64,000 nucleotides of DNA. Source: an uncultured delta proteobacterium (GTDB lineage: Bacteria > Myxococcota_A > Polyangia > Polyangiales > B10-G4). Positions 32,824 through 45,114 of this stretch are shown piece after piece. The DNA lies in assembly GCA_963727445.1 (NCBI GenBank), contig CAVSGI010000020.1, positions 789,396 through 853,395 on the forward strand, given 5' to 3'. The position numbers and the translations under genes are program-made. The notes beneath the pieces were generated by a model. It ran no database searches and was not told where the DNA came from. It saw only the letters and a list, made by a program, of their open reading frames with translations. The first letter of the stretch is position 1. Every line of letters begins with the position of its first letter.

Positions 32824-34869
32824 GTGGTCCGGGCTGCGATGCTCATCTTCCTCTGGGCGGCCGTCTTCGTCAGCGGGGCTGCCGCGCAGGCCGGACGGGT
32901 TCCCATCATCGAAGCGGGACGCGAGGCGGAGATCCTCGCGCTCTTCGAGCCCTATCAGCTGGGGGAGGAGCTGCCCGGCGGCTATCGACTGATGAACGTT
33001 CAGGTCGACGTGTCGTCGATCCAGATCGGCCTGGTCGGGCCCGAAGACCGTCGCGTCTCCCTTCGCCTGACGCCGCCCGAGTTGGCTCCGGACGCGCCGG
33101 AACAGACGGAGAGCTTCGCGATCGTCCACGAGAGCGGCGAGGAGGACGCGGACGCCCAAAGAGCGGTCCGTGCGTTGCTCGCGCGGGTTCGGGCGAACGA
33201 CGACGGCCACTTCTACCGGCGGCGCGCCCTGCCACCGGACCCGACGCTGAACCAGGCCGCGCAGCGGGAGGGGCCCTGGTATGTCGACGGGCTCGCTCTG
33301 TGCGCGCTCGCGCTCGTCTTCTTCCTCTTCGTGCTGGGGAGGGACGTCGCGAGGTCGAAGCGCTCGGCCCTGATCCCGGTGCTCGCGCTCACCGCGCTGG
33401 GCGCGCTCCTGCGTGTCGCCATGTCGCCGGCGACGATGATGGGCGCGTGGCCCTTCAGCCGCACCAGCATCCTGATGCGCTTTGTGTGGAACAGCCCACT
33501 GCTCGCCTCCATCATCGAGAGGTCGCACGGCACGCTCTACTTCTTCGATCTGGTCACCACGGTGAACCTGATGTTCGCGTTCTTCACGCCCGCCGCGGTG
33601 TACCTGCACGCGAAGAAGCTCCTCGAAGATCAGCGCGTCGCGCTGCTGGCGGCCCTGCTGGTGACGCTCTTGCCGTTGCACGTCCGATTCTCCCAATCGG
33701 AAGTGGCGTTCATCCCCTCGATCGCCCTCAGCTCCTACACCTTCGTCCTCGTTCACACCGCGCTCAAGGATCGCTCGAAGTGGGTCCGCCTCGCGGCCCT
33801 CGCGTTCCTTCCCCTGGTCGCGTCGGCGATGTTCGTCGCCCGACCCCTCAATCAGATCTTCCTACCGCTCCTCCTCTGGACCGCGCTCTACCTCTCCCGG
33901 CGCGCCGCGCCGCTCTCACGTCGACTGATTGTGAGCGGGCTGGTCACCGTCGTCGGCATCCTGACCTTCGTCTACGTGACGGTGCCGCTCTATCGGGGTC
34001 AGATCGTGGAAGGCGCGAGCATCTCGACCGTGGTCAACGGCCTCGTCACCTTCCTCTCGCCGGCGAAGAACACGCTGCTCTACCCGTGGATCACTCCGCC
34101 GGGGGTCATGCTCCTCGCCCTCGGGGGCGCGTGGACCTCGACGCATCGGCGAGGCCCGGAGCGCGATCGGGCGGTCTTCCTCATGGGCTGGCTGCTGCTC
34201 TTCTTCGTGGCGCATGCGTACGTCGTGCCGCGCGCGATCGCCATGCAGGCCCGCTACCACCTGCACCTGGTGGTCCCCTTCGTGATGCTCGCCGCGATGG
34301 CGATGGCCAAGCTCTACACCCGGCGGCGCGCGATCTTCTGGCTCACCTTCGTGTATGTCTTGTCGATCCCCCTGCTGCACCGAGGGTTCATCGAGGACGT
34401 CGCCTTCGACGACATGCGGGAGTACGCCTTCGTCCGGAGCGCGGCCCACGACGTGCCGGTGGGCTGCACCGTGATGGAGTACACGGGCGCCGGCGACTTC
34501 GACGCGGACGTGCGCTTCGACCGGGCGGGCGAGGTCCTCGAGGATGGGGCCGAACGCCGACTCTACGCGGCCGTTCCCATCGGCGCCGCCGTGCCCGGGG
34601 GAGGGAGCGAGCTGACCGCCGCCGCCCGCGACCTCCTCGCGGAGCCCCCAGAATGCCTCTATTACTACGAGGGGCTCTTCTGTTACGGCCGCAAGGAGCC
34701 GGGAGAGCCCATCGCCGGGGCCTGCGCCGAGATGCACCGGGCGGCACACTTGGAAGAGGTGACGCGGACGCGCTTCGAGCATCGACTCTACGATGGAAAC
34801 CTCAGCGGCGGCCTCGAAGGCCGAGAGCGAGCGCCGATCGTTCTCCGGCTCTACCGCGTGGTTCCGTAG
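32824..34869 (+). CDS. Polytopic membrane protein, GT-C (PMT/ArnT-like) glycosyltransferase with N-terminal soluble module
   Basis: Many TM helices, PLHVRFSQSE, ARP and QARY motifs; heads an operon with GT2 and NDP-sugar genes. Confidence 0.7.
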   Translation: MVRAAMLIFLWAAVFVSGAAAQAGRVPIIEAGREAEILALFEPYQLGEELPGGYRLMNVQVDVSSIQIGLVGPEDRRVSLRLTPPELAPDAPEQTESFAIVHESGEEDADAQRAVRALLARVRANDDGHFYRRRALPPDPTLNQAAQREGPWYVDGLALCALALVFFLFVLGRDVARSKRSALIPVLALTALGALLRVAMSPATMMGAWPFSRTSILMRFVWNSPLLASIIERSHGTLYFFDLVTTVNLMFAFFTPAAVYLHAKKLLEDQRVALLAALLVTLLPLHVRFSQSEVAFIPSIALSSYTFVLVHTALKDRSKWVRLAALAFLPLVASAMFVARPLNQIFLPLLLWTALYLSRRAAPLSRRLIVSGLVTVVGILTFVYVTVPLYRGQIVEGASISTVVNGLVTFLSPAKNTLLYPWITPPGVMLLALGGAWTSTHRRGPERDRAVFLMGWLLLFFVAHAYVVPRAIAMQARYHLHLVVPFVMLAAMAMAKLYTRRRAIFWLTFVYVLSIPLLHRGFIEDVAFDDMREYAFVRSAAHDVPVGCTVMEYTGAGDFDADVRFDRAGEVLEDGAERRLYAAVPIGAAVPGGGSELTAAARDLLAEPPECLYYYEGLFCYGRKEPGEPIAGACAEMHRAAHLEEVTRTRFEHRLYDGNLSGGLEGRERAPIVLRLYRVVP

Positions 34870-36789
34870 ATGGCCCGCTTCCCCTTCGCTGGCGTCCTCT
34901 TGATCGCATCTTCTGCGGTGGCTTCACCAGCGGCTGCGCAGCAGTGCGAGGACGCCGAGGACTGGGTGCGCGCTTGCGGATCGGAAGACGTGGACGTCGC
35001 GCTCGTGCGCTGCCTGCCCGGGGGCCTGGTCGTCTCCGCGCGGAGCGGCGACACCGCCCTCGAAGTCGAGATCGCGCGGGACCGTCCGGGCGCGTTCCAA
35101 CAGGTCGCCGACTTCGGCGTCTCCCCCATCGCCGAGTACGCGGATTGGTCCCTGGCGCCCGAGCCGGTGCATCGCGCCTTCGAGACGGTCGCGGCCTGCG
35201 TCGCCCGCGACCCCTCGCTCGCGGTTCCCGAGGGGCGCCTGTCCGCCGGCGAACGCGGCGTCGCGATCCCCGCGCCGCCCGTCCCCTGGCTCCCATTGTC
35301 CGCGTTGCTCCTTCTGATGGCGGCCCTCGCGCTCCATCTCTTCCGCGCCCGCCCTTCGCTCCGGGCCGCGGCGCTCGCCGTCGCGCCGCCCCTCGGGCTG
35401 GCGCTGGTCGCCTACGTGGGCCGCACGCTGATCGCCAGCCCCTCCTTCGTCCACCAGAACGGGCAGGGTCCTCTCTGGGTGAGCCATGCCCTCTGCGTCA
35501 CCCCCGTGTACGGGCCGGGCTACTTCGAGGTCTTCGGCTCGCTGGTCCGGATGATCGGCGGCGAGCCGAGCGCGGCGGTCTTCACGGTGCAGGCTTTGCT
35601 GGGGGCGCTCGCCGTCGGGGCGGTGTGGGTGCTCGCCCGCGGCGCGTGGATCGGGCGTCCCCTGGCCCTCGCCCTCTCCCTCGCGGTCGCCTTCGAGCCA
35701 GGCCTCGTGCGCATCGCGCAGAGTGAGAGCTACTTCGGAACCATCTCGTCCCTGCTCCTGATCGCCGGCGCGGCCCTCTCCATCGGCGCCCGGCGCCGCG
35801 GGCCCGCGGACCCCGAGTTCCTTCTCTGCGCGGGGGCGGCCGGGCTCCTCGTGGCCGAGGCCGCGCGCATCCATCCGGTCGCCTGGGTCGCTTCGGCCAC
35901 GCTCCCGCTCGTGGTCGCGGTGGGTGGCGGGCAGCTTCGCCGGCGCCTCTTGGATACGGCCGTGGCCACGCTGGTGGTGGGCGTCCTCGCCGCGGCTTTC
36001 GCTTTTGGTGTCATCGGTAGCGTCACCACGGGCGGCGTGGGCGACGATTGGCTGCCCGACTTCTTCTCGCGGATCCCCAGAAGTCGCCTGCACTGGGGGC
36101 TCCTCTTCGCGACGGTCGGGGCGCTCGCCATCGCCTTCGGTGCCTCGCAACGGCGACGGGGGATCCTGCGCGCGGTCGTCTTGTTCGCCGTGATCGCGGT
36201 CGCCTTCGGCACGCACGTGATCGGGGCCGTCGGGCCGCTGATCGTCACCGGCTATCTCCTGCTCTTCCTGCCGGCCTTCGTCGCGGCGCTCGGCACCGGG
36301 CTCGCCGGGCTCAGGGCCGGGCGCTCGCCCTGGCTCCTCGCCGGGGGGCTCTTGCTGGTGTCCCTCGGCTACGCCGCTACGCGCGCGGGAGCGCTCTTCG
36401 AGCTCCCCACCGACGCGGCAGAACAGGCCTGGATCCTGACGCAGCGCTCGGAGTTGCCCGAGGACGCCACCGTATCGTTCCTGGGAGCGGCGGGGCCGCG
36501 CCGCCGTCTCCACCTCCCGCTCTACGGTGAATGCGGGACCGGGGAAGGGCCCGTCGCTTCGCCTCTCTCCGAGCAGAATGTCGGGCGCGACCTCCACGGG
36601 ATCTGGTACCGCTCGTCTCTGTGCGCCACCGACGATGGACGGGCTCTGTGTGACGCGGTGGAGCGGCGCCTGTCGCTGAGGCCTCTCCAGACGACCGACC
36701 TCGTCGCGAAGGAGAGCATGGAAGGCCTCGGCTACGATGACGGAACCGTTCACGTGGGGTTCTACGCCATCGAGGAGCGCGCGCGATGA
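34870..36789 (+). CDS. Second GT-C-like polytopic membrane protein
   Basis: Many TM helices, HQNGQG, YGPGY and PGLVRIAQSESY (matches the SQSE motif of its neighbour). Confidence 0.65.
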   Translation: MARFPFAGVLLIASSAVASPAAAQQCEDAEDWVRACGSEDVDVALVRCLPGGLVVSARSGDTALEVEIARDRPGAFQQVADFGVSPIAEYADWSLAPEPVHRAFETVAACVARDPSLAVPEGRLSAGERGVAIPAPPVPWLPLSALLLLMAALALHLFRARPSLRAAALAVAPPLGLALVAYVGRTLIASPSFVHQNGQGPLWVSHALCVTPVYGPGYFEVFGSLVRMIGGEPSAAVFTVQALLGALAVGAVWVLARGAWIGRPLALALSLAVAFEPGLVRIAQSESYFGTISSLLLIAGAALSIGARRRGPADPEFLLCAGAAGLLVAEAARIHPVAWVASATLPLVVAVGGGQLRRRLLDTAVATLVVGVLAAAFAFGVIGSVTTGGVGDDWLPDFFSRIPRSRLHWGLLFATVGALAIAFGASQRRRGILRAVVLFAVIAVAFGTHVIGAVGPLIVTGYLLLFLPAFVAALGTGLAGLRAGRSPWLLAGGLLLVSLGYAATRAGALFELPTDAAEQAWILTQRSELPEDATVSFLGAAGPRRRLHLPLYGECGTGEGPVASPLSEQNVGRDLHGIWYRSSLCATDDGRALCDAVERRLSLRPLQTTDLVAKESMEGLGYDDGTVHVGFYAIEERAR

Positions 36790-37475
36790 CGCAGCTCTCC
36801 ATCTGCGCACCGGCCTTCGACGAGGAGGGATGCATCGAGGAGGTCGTGCGCGGCTTTCTCGCGATGCTCGACCGCGAAGGGATCGACGGCGAGGTCGTCA
36901 TCACCGACGACGGAAGCCGCGACCGCACCCCGGAGATCCTCGCGCGCGTCGCCGACGAGGACCCTCGCCTGCGCGTGGTCACGCCCGGACGAAATCAGGG
37001 CTACGGGCGCGCGCTCCGGGCGGCCATCGCGGCGGCTGAGGGCGAGCTGGTGGTCACCATCGACTCGGACGGCCAGTTCGACCCCGACGACATCCCGCGC
37101 CTGCTCTCGCGCCAGCGCGCGGGGAACTTCGATCTGGTCACCGGGCACCGCGTGCGCAAGCGCGACACGCCGCTGCGGGTCGGCGCCGATCTCGGGCTCC
37201 GGGCGCTGGTCCGAACGCTCTTCGGATTGCGCGTGCGCGATCCGAATTGCGCGCTCAAGCTCGTGCGCCGCGAATGGGTGCAGAACGCCCCCCTCGAAGC
37301 GGACGGCTACCCGACGCCCACCGAGATCGTCGTTCGCGCGCATCACGACGGCCTGAAGATCGCCGACGTCCCCGTCGCCCACCTCCCGCGCGTGGCCGGC
37401 ACCACCAAGCTCCGCCTCCTTCGGACGGCAGCGAACGCCGGCCGTTTCCTCCTCGCCCTGCGGATGTCGTTGTGA
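36786..37475 (+). CDS. GT2 glycosyltransferase (polyprenol-phosphate hexose synthase-like)
   Basis: PAFDEE, DDGSRD, NQGYG, DSDGQ, DPNCALKL. Confidence 0.93.
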   Translation: MTQLSICAPAFDEEGCIEEVVRGFLAMLDREGIDGEVVITDDGSRDRTPEILARVADEDPRLRVVTPGRNQGYGRALRAAIAAAEGELVVTIDSDGQFDPDDIPRLLSRQRAGNFDLVTGHRVRKRDTPLRVGADLGLRALVRTLFGLRVRDPNCALKLVRREWVQNAPLEADGYPTPTEIVVRAHHDGLKIADVPVAHLPRVAGTTKLRLLRTAANAGRFLLALRMSL

Positions 37476-37505
37476 GAGGTGCTCTGGATGTAGACTTCTC
37501 AGAAG

Positions 37506-38437
37506 ATGACGACTCCGATCGGAGTGATCCTCGCGGCGGGTGAAGGCGTTCGGATGGTGCCGCTCTCCGCGGAGCGTCCGAAGCCCCTGCTGCCGGTCCT
37601 CGGACGGCCGGTGATCGTCCACCAGCTCGCTTCGATGCGCGAGGTCGGGATCGACGAAGCGATCGTCGTGGTGGGGAAGGGCGCGACGGAGATCCGCTCG
37701 CGGCTCGGCGACGGGACGGCGCACGGCGTCCGCATCCGCTATGCCGAGCAAGAGGAGCCTCAGGGGATCGCGCACGCGGTGAGCGTGGTCGAGCCGCTGG
37801 TGGGCGACCGGCCCTTGTTGCTGATGCTCGGCGACGTCTTCTTTTCGGCGCCGCGCTTCGGCGAGCTCCTCGCCATGAGAGAGCGCGGATTCGCGGCGGT
37901 GCTCGCCGCGAAGGACGAGGAGGACCCCGCCGCCATCCAGCGGAACTTCGCGATCGTCCTCGCGGCGGACGGGAGCGTGAAGCGGGTCATCGAGAAGCCG
38001 CGCCATCCGCCCACGCGGCTCAAGGGATGCGGCGTGTACCTCTTCGAGCCCGTCTTCTTCGACGCCATCCGTAGGACGCCGCGCTCGGTCCTGCGCGACG
38101 AGTACGAGCTCACCGACGCCATCCAGGTCTTCATCGACGACGGCCAGCGTGTCGGCGTGGCCGAAGTCGTCGAGCGGGACGTGAACCTGACCTATCCGCG
38201 GGACTTGTGGGCGCTGAACCTCGCCGAGCTCGCGCGGACCGGCGAGAGCGTCTTCGTCGATCCCAGCGCCGAGGTCTCCTCTCGCGCCGTCCTAAAACAG
38301 GCCGTGGTGGGGGCGAACGCGCGCATCGAGGACGTGCGCGTCGAGCGCGCCCTGGTGTTCTCGGGCGCACGCGTGGATCGCGACGCCATCGATTGCATCG
38401 TGACCGAGACCGAGCGCGTCGCCTTCGAGGGCGAGGC

Positions 38438-38441
<4 letters not shown>
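37506..38441 (+). CDS. Sugar-1-phosphate nucleotidyltransferase (RmlA-like)
   Basis: ILAAGEGVRM, PKPLL, QEEPQGIAHA, LGD, EKP, YELTDA. Confidence 0.92.
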
Positions 38442-39353
<912 letters not shown>

Positions 39354-39373
<20 letters not shown>

Positions 39374-40712
39374 CGGGGAGGCGCCTCTTGGATCGCCTTC
39401 GCACCGCCTCGGGGCCGGTGGGCCCCTTTCTGAGATCGAGGAGCATGCCGCCCGGGTCGCTCTCGCGCACGGCATCCACACAGGCGGCGATGATGGCCTC
39501 GAGCACCGCGGTGTCACCGCTCTGATTGCGATAGTGCATGTTGAAGGACGCGCTCCGCGCGAGGGCGCGCGCGCCTTCGTCGCGGCCGGTCAGGACGAAG
39601 TCGACCCGCGACCCCTCCTGAACGAAGCGGTAGAGGCACGCGCGGCGCTGGAGCACGATGTCGTCGAGGGTCGCGCCCGTTCGCTCCTCCACGCCCTCGA
39701 TCAGCGCGGCCCACAGGGGCTGATCGGTCTTGGGCGCCGTGCCTCTGCCCGGCTGATCCGAGCCCACCCACAGCCCGTCCTCGGGCTCTTCCCAGGGGGT
39801 CGTGCGGGGATAGGGCGTGAGCAGATCCTGCTCCCAGCCGTGCTTGGAGATGTACGGGTGGGTGAGACCCAGGCAGCTCTCGCTGTGTTCGCACTTGGCC
39901 TCGTAGAGACAGGCGAACTTCGGATAGGTCTCGTAGAACTCCTCGACCACGATCACGTCCGGCTGGGTGTTGTCCTGGAGCTTTTCGTGCTCGCCGAGCA
40001 GGCATCGCGGCACGTACTTCACCGCCGCTTCGATCCCGTATTCGCCGCAGCGCGTGAGGGCGCGGCGGAGTGAAGGCGCGAGCTCGGCCATGGGCGACAG
40101 GAGCCCCCGCTCGTCGGCGTAGTCCTCCATGGGGAGGTAGTTCCACCACTCCATCCGCACCGGCGACAGATCGCGGACGGTGTCCACGATCTCCGCGAGG
40201 TGCGGCTGGTTCAGGGTGGTGAGCACGGTATTGGTCATCAAACACACGCCGAGGGCCCGGAGGTTCTCCATCCCCGCCATCGCCTCGTCGAAGCTCCCTT
40301 CGCGCTGCGAGATGTAGTCCTGGGTCGCGGCGTCGTGTCCGTGGAGCGACACGAAGTACTCGTCAATCCCCGCCTTCACCAGCTTCTCGGCAAACGCCGG
40401 GTCGGCCATCAGCCTTCCGTTCGTCTGCAGCCGAATGTGCTCGAAGCTCCCCGAGGCGTGCGCGTAGTCGACGTAGTCGAAGAGCTTCTTTTCGAGGGTG
40501 ACCTCGCCGCCGGTGAAGGTCACGCGCCGGTAGCGCCGGCTCTCGGTGTTGTCATCGACGGTCTTGATGAACTTCTCGAAGGGGATGCCTTTGAAGTAGT
40601 TCATCCCCTCCTGGACGATGCAGAAGCGGCACGCGCTGTGGCAGTGGAAGTCCACCGTGATGGTGAGGTCCTCGAAGCGCGTCGGCTCGAACCGTCCCTT
40701 GTAGCTCTGCAT
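39354..40712 (-). CDS. HxsC-like radical SAM protein with extra C-terminal module
   Basis: CHSACRFC, TGGE, QTNG, PRCLLG and CLYEAKCEHSESCLG. The start overlaps the upstream stop. Confidence 0.9.
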
Positions 40713-41575
40713 CAGACGGTCCCGTAGTAGCTCGTCTTGCGGTAGACGAGCTCGCCCTTTTCGTCGTGGAGGTAGTCGATCCCCACGTCGAAGTAGAGGT
40801 GCTCGAAGGAAGCGCGGTGCTGGCTCACGAAGCCGGTGATGGCCTCCGGGTAGTCGAAGCGCTTCAGGAACCACTGGAGCTGACCCACGTCGATGCCCGA
40901 GTAGTAGATCGCGTCGCAGTAACGCTTCTTGGCGACGCAGACCTTCTTGCAGGCGAAGAGCTCCGGGATCAGCACCTTCGAGAGGGTCCGCGGATCCGAG
41001 AAGTCGACGTAGAGGCTGGCCTGAATCAGCGAGAGCACCTCGTCGATCTCGGGCTTGGGTGCCATGAACTTGTAAGTGTTCTCGAGCTGGATGGCGTCGG
41101 CGCGCACCTCGTAGCTGCGGCCGGCGTGGGCGTCCTCGCCGGCGAGGTAGAGATTGAATTCGTCGACCGTGCCGCCGGCGGCCGCGGCCGTCAGATCGAA
41201 GCTGACCATCATGTAGGGGATCGACTCGCGGATACGGGGCACGACGCGAATCCAGGGCGACAGGGCCTCGGTGAGCGAGGTGATCGTCGCCTCGGGCGAC
41301 TCCTTCTGCGGGTCGTAGAAGTAGAGCTCCCACCAGAGCCGCTCGCCGTCCCACTTCACGCCCCACACCGTGAGATCGCGCCCTACGTGTGCCTGGATCG
41401 CCTCGACGGGCTCGCGAAGCGCGTCGTACCCGCCGCCGGTGCAGAGAGAGCTCCACAGGAGGTTCTCGCTCCGCAGCTTGCCCTGCCAGGGTCGCCGCGG
41501 CCGATAGGGCTCGAGGCAGTAGTCGAAATAGCGGTCGTGCTCGCTCGAGGGCAGGAGCTGTGAGGACGCGAGCAT
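40712..41575 (-). CDS. Hypothetical protein, possible ABBA (PT-barrel) fold
   Basis: Repeated hairpin-like motifs WGVK...WELYF, VSFDL...NLYL and VGIDY...KTSYYG; coupled to the rSAM gene. Confidence 0.55.
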   Translation of the reverse strand: MLASSQLLPSSEHDRYFDYCLEPYRPRRPWQGKLRSENLLWSSLCTGGGYDALREPVEAIQAHVGRDLTVWGVKWDGERLWWELYFYDPQKESPEATITSLTEALSPWIRVVPRIRESIPYMMVSFDLTAAAAGGTVDEFNLYLAGEDAHAGRSYEVRADAIQLENTYKFMAPKPEIDEVLSLIQASLYVDFSDPRTLSKVLIPELFACKKVCVAKKRYCDAIYYSGIDVGQLQWFLKRFDYPEAITGFVSQHRASFEHLYFDVGIDYLHDEKGELVYRKTSYYGTV

Positions 41576-41655
41576 CAAACGGATCTTAGTGCCTGGTCCA
41601 ATGACACGGAAGGGTTGTCGCTCGTTCGTCGGCCGCCTCGCGGCGTCGACGAACC

Positions 41656-42442
41656 TCAGAGCGCCTGCACCAGCGCCTCGAGGAAGTCCTTCACGCCCTC
41701 GGGTCCCTCGACCGCGAGCGTGGTCTCCTCTGGACGGGTCGGCTGCTCCGGGGAGGCGACGAAGATCCCGACGCCGCCCATCGCGACCGCGCGCTCGATG
41801 GCTGGCAGGTCCGTGAGGTCGTCCCCCGCGTAGATCACGCTTCGGCACTGGGTCTCTTCGAGGATCGAGGCCAGGGCCTCGCCTTTGTCGCCGGCCTGTG
41901 ACTCGGCCTCCACCACGTGCCGCCCGTCCCGCGCGTGGAGCCCGAGTCGTCGGGCTTCTCTACGCGCGCCGTTCAAGAATCGTCCGCGCTACGCGCGGGT
42001 CGCGCTCGGCGAGCTCTCGAACGTGGATGGCGCGCGCGCCGTGCTTCACCTCCACCCGCGCGCCCTTCGGCACGGCGTGCGCGTGGCCCCACGCCGCGAA
42101 GGAGTCGAGGAAGACGCGCTCCTTGGCCCGCTCCTTCGGCGTGCGCACCGATTCGCCGGGGGCAACGAGGAGGCGGCCGTGGGAGAGCGCGCGATAGGCC
42201 TCGGGGACGCGGACCATCCGCGCGAGCTGCGACGCGTCGCGGCCCGTCACCAGCGCCACGCGCACGTCGTCGTGATTCGCGAGCGCCCGGAGCAGGTCCT
42301 GCGTCTCGTCGGGGACGCGCGCCGCTTTCGGGTCACTGACGATGGGGGCCAGCGTCCCGTCCACGTCGAGGGCGACGAGAATCGGTCGGGGTAGGACCGC
42401 TGCCTCCATCGCCACCACCTGCGCGCTCACGCCCTCACTCAC
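41656..42442 (-). CDS. otsB: Trehalose-6-phosphate phosphatase (frameshift at ~41978)
   Basis: LDVDGTLAPI, VTGR, EVK, DKG, GDDLTD; downstream of otsA. Confidence 0.9.
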
Positions 42443-43832
42443 CTTCCAGCCTCTTCAGATATTCGTCCGCCCATCGATGGACGTCCAGCTTCCTGGCCGC
42501 CGCCCGCAGCTTCTTCATCCGCCGGGTCTTCTCCGCCTCGCTCATGGTGGTCGCCGTCTGAAGCGCGTCGGCGATGCCCTCCACGTCGTAGGGGTTCACC
42601 TCGATGGCGTCCCGCAGGTAGCTCGCGGCGCCGGCGAACTCGCTCAGGATCAGCGCGCCGGTGTTCTCGAAGCGCGACATGACGTACTCGTGCGCCACCA
42701 GGTTCATCCCGTCCCGGAGCGGCGTCACCAGGGCCACCTGGGCGGCGAGGTAGTGTGCGTAGAGCTGGACGCGGTCGAGGTTCCTGTAGAAATAGTGGAT
42801 CGGAACGCGTCCGGTCATCGAGAAGCGACCGTTGACGTTGCCCACCATCCGGTCGATCTCCTCCTTGAGATCGGCGTAGGCCTTCACGCCGGTGCGGCTC
42901 GGCACCATCACCTGCACGAGCACGAATTTCTCGTGCGCGTTCTTGTGTCGCTTCAGGAACGCTTCCCACGCGAGGATTCGCTCGGGGATGCCCTTGGTGT
43001 AGTCGAGGCGGTCGACCCCGAGGACCAGCGTCCGGCGGTTGGTCATCTCCCGGATGCGCTCGGCTTCGCGCACCACCTCGGGCGCGACCGCCAGCGCTTC
43101 GATCTCCTTGGTGGGCACGCCGATGGGCGCCGAGATCACCTTCGTCGTCCACTTGCCCATCTTCACGAGGCGCCTTCGGCGGTCCACCCGATGGTCGGTG
43201 AGGCGCTCGACGCAGGACAGGAAGTTGTCCACGTATTGCGGCGTGTGGAAGCCGAGGAGGTCGGCCCCGAGAAGTCCGTCGAGGACCCGCTTCCGCCACG
43301 GCAGGATCTCCACCATGTCGGGGTTGGGCCACGGGACGTGGCAGAACCAACCCACTCGGGCGCGTGGCCGCTTCGCCCGCAACATCCCCGGCACCAACAT
43401 CAGGTGGTAGTCCTGCACCCAGATGAGGTCCCGCGCCTTCGAGTGCGTCAGGGTGGCTTCGGCGAAGCGGCGGTTCGCGGTCTCGTAACTCGCCCAGGGC
43501 GCCTCGGCCATGCGCATCGTGGGCGGAAAGCTGTGGAGCAGCGGCCAGAAGAGGGCGTTCGAGACCCCCCGGTAGAACCCGTCGGCCACCGACCGCTTCA
43601 GCTTCACCGATGCGGTCTCGTAGCCCAGATCCGGGCCATCCACCTCCAGTTCGTGAGGGTCGTCGTGCTCGTCGGCACTCACCCAGACGCCACCGCGACC
43701 CCGAAGCACCGGGTCGAGGGCGGTCACCAATCCGCCGGCCGAACGAACCCACCGACGCTTGCCGGACACGACCTGCGAGCGGAGTGGACCGCGATTCGAC
43801 ACGACGACGAGCTTTCGTCGCGCAGCTGCCAT
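42435..43832 (-). CDS. otsA: Trehalose-6-phosphate synthase
   Basis: [50 protein letters not shown]. Confidence 0.96.
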   Translation of the reverse strand: MAAARRKLVVVSNRGPLRSQVVSGKRRWVRSAGGLVTALDPVLRGRGGVWVSADEHDDPHELEVDGPDLGYETASVKLKRSVADGFYRGVSNALFWPLLHSFPPTMRMAEAPWASYETANRRFAEATLTHSKARDLIWVQDYHLMLVPGMLRAKRPRARVGWFCHVPWPNPDMVEILPWRKRVLDGLLGADLLGFHTPQYVDNFLSCVERLTDHRVDRRRRLVKMGKWTTKVISAPIGVPTKEIEALAVAPEVVREAERIREMTNRRTLVLGVDRLDYTKGIPERILAWEAFLKRHKNAHEKFVLVQVMVPSRTGVKAYADLKEEIDRMVGNVNGRFSMTGRVPIHYFYRNLDRVQLYAHYLAAQVALVTPLRDGMNLVAHEYVMSRFENTGALILSEFAGAASYLRDAIEVNPYDVEGIADALQTATTMSEAEKTRRMKKLRAAARKLDVHRWADEYLKRLEGE

Positions 43833-43940
43833 GTGGGCCGACAGGGTAGTCGCCGGGGCGGAGGTCGCAAATCCGAGCGCTTTCTGGATCCTCGACATGG
43901 GCCTCCCGAAGCACTAGAGCAGTGCGAGGGATTCTCGCTC

Positions 43941-45110
43941 ATGGGCGCCCATCACACCGCTCGCAGCTCCGGCGTCGTCTTGCTCGTCGCAACGCTCTGT
44001 GCGGCCGGCGCCTCGGCTTGCGATGAGGAAGAGGCCGCTCCGTCGGGCCACGGTGGCTCGCGCCCGGCGCCCGTCGAGGTCGCCGAGGCCGGCCCCGGCG
44101 ATCTCCTGGTGGAGAATCGGTTTCTCGGTGAGGTGCGGGCCCTGTCGAGCGCGGAGCTCTCGGTCGGCGCGTCGGGCGAGGTGCGCACCGTGTCCGTTCG
44201 CGAAGGGGATCGGGTGCATCGGGGCCAGGTGCTCCTCGAGATCGATCCCAGCCTCGCGCGCGCGCAGGTTCGCCGCGCCGAAGCCACCCACACCCTCGCA
44301 GGCGAGGAGCAGGAGCTGGCTTCGTGGCAGGCGGAGCAGGTCGTACAGGCCGGTCCGCGCGCCGTGGCGCAGGCGGAGATCCAGCGCAGCCAGACGGCGG
44401 CCGAGGCGGCCCAGGCCCGGCGCGCCGCCAGCGCCGCGGAGCTCGCCGAGGCGCGCAACGTCCTGTCTCGTCACCGCATCGTCGCGCCTTTCGACGGGGT
44501 GCTCCTCCGTCGCTCGGTCGATCCTGGCGATTGGGTCGACCCCGGGACGCCCGCGCTCGCGCTGGTCAGCGATGGCGACGTCGAGGTGATGGTCGCTGCG
44601 CCAGCGGAGCTGGTGCTGCACGTGGAGCCGGGGATGCCGGCGACCATCTTCCCTAGCTCCTCGCTCTCCAACGCGCTCGCCGAGGAAGAGTTCGTCGTCC
44701 AGGCCGAGATCGCCGGCGTGGTGTCCGCCCTCGACGACCAGACGCGGACCGTCACCCTCCGCCTGGTCCCCGCCGAGTCGCGGCGCTGGCTCCTGGCCGG
44801 CGCGACCGTCCGCGTGGGGCTCGCCATTCAGCGGCACGACAGTGAGGCGGTGCGGGTGCCGCGAGACGCGCTCGTCCGGGGGGCGGTGGGCTATCGCGTG
44901 ATCGAGGTGGCGGACGGCAAGGCCGTCTCTCACGCGGTCGACGTGGTCGCCACTTCGGCCGACGCGGCGTTGGTGCGGGCCGAGGGCCTCTCGACGGGTG
45001 ACGCGGTGGTCACGCGCGGTAACGAGCGCCTCCGGCCCGACCAGGAGGTCACGGTGCAGTCGCCCGCCGCCGCCGAGAGCCCCAGCGAGTCGCCGGCCGA
45101 GGGAAGCTAG
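43941..45110 (+). CDS. RND efflux periplasmic adaptor (MFP)
   Basis: SGEV...VREGDRV..GQVL lipoyl halves, APFDG, VPRDAL. Confidence 0.92.
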   Translation: MGAHHTARSSGVVLLVATLCAAGASACDEEEAAPSGHGGSRPAPVEVAEAGPGDLLVENRFLGEVRALSSAELSVGASGEVRTVSVREGDRVHRGQVLLEIDPSLARAQVRRAEATHTLAGEEQELASWQAEQVVQAGPRAVAQAEIQRSQTAAEAAQARRAASAAELAEARNVLSRHRIVAPFDGVLLRRSVDPGDWVDPGTPALALVSDGDVEVMVAAPAELVLHVEPGMPATIFPSSSLSNALAEEEFVVQAEIAGVVSALDDQTRTVTLRLVPAESRRWLLAGATVRVGLAIQRHDSEAVRVPRDALVRGAVGYRVIEVADGKAVSHAVDVVATSADAALVRAEGLSTGDAVVTRGNERLRPDQEVTVQSPAAAESPSESPAEGS

Positions 45111-45114
45111 CGCC